From the sequence record MH830339.1: 32,000 nt of DNA; one strand, written 5' to 3'. Origin of the DNA: Proteus phage Stubb. The notes under the pieces were generated by a model. That model worked only from the letters and a program-made list of their open reading frames with translations, ran no database searches and was not told the DNA's origin. Numbering within the stretch: position 1 is the stretch's first letter; each line of letters begins with the position of its first letter. The translations under genes and the position numbers were made by a program. Below, one piece after another: positions 28,091-32,000 of the stretch.

Positions 28091-30151
28091 TTACGATAGT
28101 TTAGTTACGTGTAATGTAAACTCAGGAACAGCATAGACAGGTAAGGTTCCCCAGTCGTCAAATCTGCCTCTACGCTGAGTATGGGTGGATACTATCTCAA
28201 CATTACCATTACCCAAATTTTTCAACCATACCACTGAATCGTGATGGCAGTCAGAGTACAATAGTTCCCTGCCAGAACCCCTATCGTAGTTATAAAACAT
28301 ATTAGCGGAGAGACCATTATTCGTTAGAATAGGTACAGACCTACCAATTGGCAGGGTGATTATGCCATGTGGTGAGCTAACAGATAGCCCGGCAGTATTA
28401 GACAATTGTATATGTTGATTAACGTTCTCAGACATCCCTAAACTATAGTACCCTGGAGAGGTAAATAATAATGTCGGATCGGAAGAGTTTATACTAAATA
28501 TTAGAGTAGAATCCCTAGACTTACTCAAATCTAGTGCTAGTGTACCATGTGATATGGTTGCGGTCTTATCTTTCATATCTAGAGTACCTTTTGATCCTCC
28601 GAATACCTTAGTTACGGTTGGATTACCTCTGAGTGTAAGTGGTATGTTATTAGCACCCCATAGCTCCCCATTACTATTAAATATGGATGTGCTAGTACAT
28701 CCCCACCCACTACCCTTAGATATATTGCAGATAGACAGTACCGAACTCCCACTAGGGATACTAGTACCCCCCAAATCTACCAACTTATAACCTTGGGATA
28801 CTCCAGACTGCTTTAGCATATATCCACTATTAGTGCTTTCCCTATTAGAATCTGTGTAGCTATGGTTGGCAAAAGTTAAACTCTGTACCTGTCTAGCTGC
28901 TGCACCAGAAGGGTTAGTCTGAAAAAGGAATCTTTTATCAGCGCCGCCTAAAAAAGAAACCCCATTAACTTCCATCTTTCCGGAACCTATTTTTACCCCC
29001 TTAGTACTAGTAGTATTAAATGCATTCTGTTGTATACTATATCCTGTAGTGGGGGAGAACCCTAGATTTAGTTTGTGCCATCTTACCTTTTTAGGCACCC
29101 CTTTATATATCTGATATCTAACATACGAGTTGGATGCGTCCATTCCATTAACAACCCCTACGTCGAATATAGCACCACGAACGCTACGACCCATTCCCCA
29201 TCCCTGCATATCATTAGGATTAGCACCATCTAGGGTTATACAAGGCCCACCATTGTTATAGTCATCATAAAGTGGGGGAGAAGTATACCCGTCTAAAAAT
29301 CTCCACATACGGTGATTAGGGCCCATAACCCTACAGAATCCCATATCGGGGCCCACTGGTGTAGAGTATGCGTAATCATGGTCGTTACCATAGGGACTTA
29401 TAGGTACTGGAACTAGTTTTCCTAGATCAATACTATATGAGTACTGGTCAGGATCCCACTTATTAGAGTATATAAGCACGGTTGTCCATGCATTAATTAA
29501 GTCTCTATGCCACCATTTATCTGTGCCCGTAACATAGGAGTTCCTAACTTGAGTAACTATATTAAGATTACTGGTTCCGAACGATGTTGTATTAGCCATA
29601 CCAAATATATCGTCCTGTGGATTAGTATTAGCAAAGCTCCCGTATGTAATTCCAATTCCACCAGCTATACAGTTTACATTAGTAGAGTTAGACATCACAG
29701 CATAGTTATGGTATCCGGATGTCTGAGAGCGTTCTGGTGAAAGCCAACTAGTATTCCCTATAGAAAGACCATTAACTAAAAAAGAGTACTCCACCCCCTC
29801 ATATTCATATACTAACTCTATAATAACAACATTGGTCTTATTAGCTAAAACATTCTTTAAGTCTGCAGGTATAGGCGCCACTCTACCAGCATTCCACGCA
29901 TCTTTGAATGTCGAATCTGGTCTATTAAACCCCTCTCCAGGCTGGTTACCATAATACCATATAGAATAGTTCCAATATGGCTTTGAAAAGTCTGTTTTAA
30001 TAGGTCTAAATGTTGACTCCCAACTTTTTTCTATAAAAACATGTGGCATGCTAGAATGGAAAATAGTGCCATCATTAATAGCCCCCTTTGCGTCAGTGCC
30101 ATTAGTTATATGAAGAAACGCATTGTTCCCTCCTTTTGCATAAAATCCCAT
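28091..30151 (-). CDS. Large putative fibre/adhesin-like virion protein (686 aa), function unknown
   Basis: Gly/Ser/Asn/Trp-rich, beta-rich composition; RBS AAGGAG before ATG 30151 (the track start at 30154 is TTG); sits between TerL and the HNH gene. Confidence 0.6.
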   Translation of the reverse strand: MGFYAKGGNNAFLHITNGTDAKGAINDGTIFHSSMPHVFIEKSWESTFRPIKTDFSKPYWNYSIWYYGNQPGEGFNRPDSTFKDAWNAGRVAPIPADLKNVLANKTNVVIIELVYEYEGVEYSFLVNGLSIGNTSWLSPERSQTSGYHNYAVMSNSTNVNCIAGGIGITYGSFANTNPQDDIFGMANTTSFGTSNLNIVTQVRNSYVTGTDKWWHRDLINAWTTVLIYSNKWDPDQYSYSIDLGKLVPVPISPYGNDHDYAYSTPVGPDMGFCRVMGPNHRMWRFLDGYTSPPLYDDYNNGGPCITLDGANPNDMQGWGMGRSVRGAIFDVGVVNGMDASNSYVRYQIYKGVPKKVRWHKLNLGFSPTTGYSIQQNAFNTTSTKGVKIGSGKMEVNGVSFLGGADKRFLFQTNPSGAAARQVQSLTFANHSYTDSNRESTNSGYMLKQSGVSQGYKLVDLGGTSIPSGSSVLSICNISKGSGWGCTSTSIFNSNGELWGANNIPLTLRGNPTVTKVFGGSKGTLDMKDKTATISHGTLALDLSKSRDSTLIFSINSSDPTLLFTSPGYYSLGMSENVNQHIQLSNTAGLSVSSPHGIITLPIGRSVPILTNNGLSANMFYNYDRGSGRELLYSDCHHDSVVWLKNLGNGNVEIVSTHTQRRGRFDDWGTLPVYAVPEFTLHVTKLS

Positions 30152-30160
30152 CAAATCTCC

Positions 30161-31519
30161 TTAAATATTCCTAGAAATACTATAGATACCATAACGTAAA
30201 GCATCACATAAGTGAGAACTATCATCGTGTACAGGACGTTCCTTGGAAAGTACACCATCATCGTCCATCTTCCACTTGTAGTCGGTTAGCGCTTTAATAA
30301 GGCTTGTACAACTAGCGTCCACTATTATCTTACCTTGATGGAATAGGTTCTGCAAATAGGCTAGACCATCATTAACTGATTTCTTAGCTGGGCTACTTGG
30401 TATATCGTAATCAAAGCTAATATCATGACGGAATTGTGCTGCCGCAGCATCTACAAATATATAGTCAGGATCGTGCTTCTCCATCAACCATAGAATATAC
30501 TGAGCATGTTCAGCAGTGGTCTTATTAGCGTACTGATACTCATTCAAAACATAAAATATATCTTGATCATAGTGGTAATAAATAGTAAGGATTGCAGTAG
30601 GATCACGGAAACCAATATCAATACCAAAAATTCTCTCGAAGTCATCTTTATTATCAAAGAAATGGCGCATCCCTTTAAGATCGACCACGTGCAGTCTGGA
30701 ATCAAACTCACTAAATATCTGCCCTTCAAATACTTCAAAGTCAGCCTCATATTCCTGTCTGAAATATTGCTTAGATACTTTGTTTCTAGCATCTTCGATA
30801 GTAGACAGATCTACTCTAGGATTATCCCTATAAGTAGCGTGTATACTAACCCACCTACCCGCTAGAGGATTACCTTCTCCAGCCATCTGGAAGCCATAAT
30901 CATAGAATCGTTTAAACCAGTTATGACCACGGGGTGTGGATATGAATAGGGCTTTAGAGTTAGCTTTATCCAAAGTTGGCTGAAGTTGCACCTCAAATGC
31001 GTCTCCGCCCTTAGGTGATATCGCAGCCTCATCAAATACAATTAAGTCATATGAGCGACCAACAGCGGAGTCAGCGTTATTTGCAGAGGCAATCTTAAGC
31101 ATACTGCCTGGAACACCGGGACCGAAGTCTAGCTCAATCTCATTATCCTTAGCGTTCTCTTTAGCTGTATTAATTCCATGCTTACGAATTAATTGCTTGA
31201 TAATTCTCCAGCCAACGTTTGCTAATGAGTAGTTTGGTGCTACCACTAGAACCATAGTTCCTGGTTCCATTAGTTTTAAGAAAGCACTGTTATAAGCTAT
31301 AAATGACTTACCAACGCGTCTTGAGACGCAAGCCACCACGAAACGGTGACGTGGGTCGTTAAGAGCATTAAGAATTGCTATCTGAGGTTTATTAGGTACT
31401 ATTCCTTCCATTTCTAGGAACTTAGCGATAGGTAATTTAAAGAAAGCTTCCTCTTGTGGGAAGTCTATCAATCTATCGCAGTTAACGTAATCTCTTGACA
31501 CTTGCATGTTACTTACCAA
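30161..31519 (-). CDS. terL: Terminase large subunit
   Basis: Walker A-like SRRVGKS, Walker B LIVFDEAA, motif III ALFISTPRG, nuclease motifs FGIDIGFRDPTA and DDSSHLCDALRYG. Confidence 0.95.
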   Translation of the reverse strand: MVSNMQVSRDYVNCDRLIDFPQEEAFFKLPIAKFLEMEGIVPNKPQIAILNALNDPRHRFVVACVSRRVGKSFIAYNSAFLKLMEPGTMVLVVAPNYSLANVGWRIIKQLIRKHGINTAKENAKDNEIELDFGPGVPGSMLKIASANNADSAVGRSYDLIVFDEAAISPKGGDAFEVQLQPTLDKANSKALFISTPRGHNWFKRFYDYGFQMAGEGNPLAGRWVSIHATYRDNPRVDLSTIEDARNKVSKQYFRQEYEADFEVFEGQIFSEFDSRLHVVDLKGMRHFFDNKDDFERIFGIDIGFRDPTAILTIYYHYDQDIFYVLNEYQYANKTTAEHAQYILWLMEKHDPDYIFVDAAAAQFRHDISFDYDIPSSPAKKSVNDGLAYLQNLFHQGKIIVDASCTSLIKALTDYKWKMDDDGVLSKERPVHDDSSHLCDALRYGIYSISRNI

Positions 31520-32000
31520 TATTCACTAACTTCTCCATAAAGTTAGCGTACTGAGGATCCATGGCACCTGCTGCGTTCACTTGAATATTAGTTTGGTGCG
31601 TTGTGGAACTTCCTGATCTTACCTTTTCAAGTTCAATCATCATTTTCATCTCAGCCATTTTCATCTTGTGTAGTTTCTCTAAGATATCAACAATATCCTT
31701 CTCCTGAGCAACCATACCTGTTTCATTCATTTCCTCGATCTTCTTATTGATTATCTCGTCATAGAGACCAAAGAACCTACCCCTATTAAGGAATCCAGAC
31801 TCCATCAATATAGAGGAAATATAGTTTGATACTTCTGGCTTCTTATATATAGCCATAGCAGTCTTTTCTGGTATACCTAAAGCTAGAGCTGCTTTCTTTA
31901 GATCTGTTCCGTTTGCAAAATATGCATCAATGAATTCCATATGCTCCGGCGCCACTAAGTCCGGAACTAAAGAATCTGGGTTTGCTACCGCAGTAGTCAT
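31509..32000 (-). CDS. terS: Terminase small subunit (163 aa; starts at the last base of the window)
   Basis: HTH-like N-terminal region (DAYFANGTDLKKAALALGIPEKTAMAIYKKPEV), coupled to terL by an overlap. Confidence 0.8.
   Translation of the reverse strand: MTTAVANPDSLVPDLVAPEHMEFIDAYFANGTDLKKAALALGIPEKTAMAIYKKPEVSNYISSILMESGFLNRGRFFGLYDEIINKKIEEMNETGMVAQEKDIVDILEKLHKMKMAEMKMMIELEKVRSGSSTTHQTNIQVNAAGAMDPQYANFMEKLVNIGK

Noticed and set aside
30506-30865. + strand 119-aa ORF within terL
   Set aside because: Antisense to conserved terminase nuclease motifs; no RBS or homology features.
1-32000. CRISPR arrays, tRNA genes, integrase/transposases, toxin-antitoxin or retron-like elements
   Set aside because: No regularly spaced repeats, cloverleaf-like clusters or characteristic protein motifs were noticed on reading. 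A tRNAscan/CRISPR-finder run was not possible; gene packing leaves little room for them.

Overview
The window is a contiguous, AT-rich segment of a T5-like siphophage genome. This is inferred from protein motifs, gene order and remembered resemblance to T5 proteins; no database search was run. The left arm (about 1-6180) is on the + strand and encodes DNA metabolism: a gp32-like ssDNA-binding protein, the SbcD/SbcC-like pair (T5 D12/D13, T4 gp47/gp46), an Hjc-like PDDEXK nuclease, a T5 D15-like flap endonuclease and a dUTPase. A strong bidirectional hairpin terminator (6181-6215) separates it from the right arm. The right arm (6218-32000) is on the - strand and encodes virion proteins in T5 order when read from 32000 downward: TerS, TerL, a large fibre-like protein, HNH protein, portal, pb10-like decoration protein, prohead protease, major capsid protein, three neck/terminator proteins, major tail protein (pb6-like), p140-like tube protein, two overlapping tail-chaperone candidates, tape measure (pb2-like), Dit (pb9-like), hub (pb3-like), pb4-like protein, a small collar/fibre candidate and a tail fibre. 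The observations most worth following up are: (1) a probable +1 (or -2) programmed frameshift joining the two chaperone ORFs at about 19343; (2) a 687-aa fibre-like accessory gene between TerL and the HNH/portal operon, ending at a tight terminator/promoter junction; (3) three sigma70-like promoters with 17-bp spacers, two of them directly after hairpins; (4) domain swaps in tail proteins, including a pb4-like protein with a collagen-like stretch and a jelly-roll/CBM-like segment, a pb6-like protein lacking the T5 C-terminal Ig-like domain, and a short knob-type fibre. No CRISPR, tRNA, transposon or recognisable defence system was seen.
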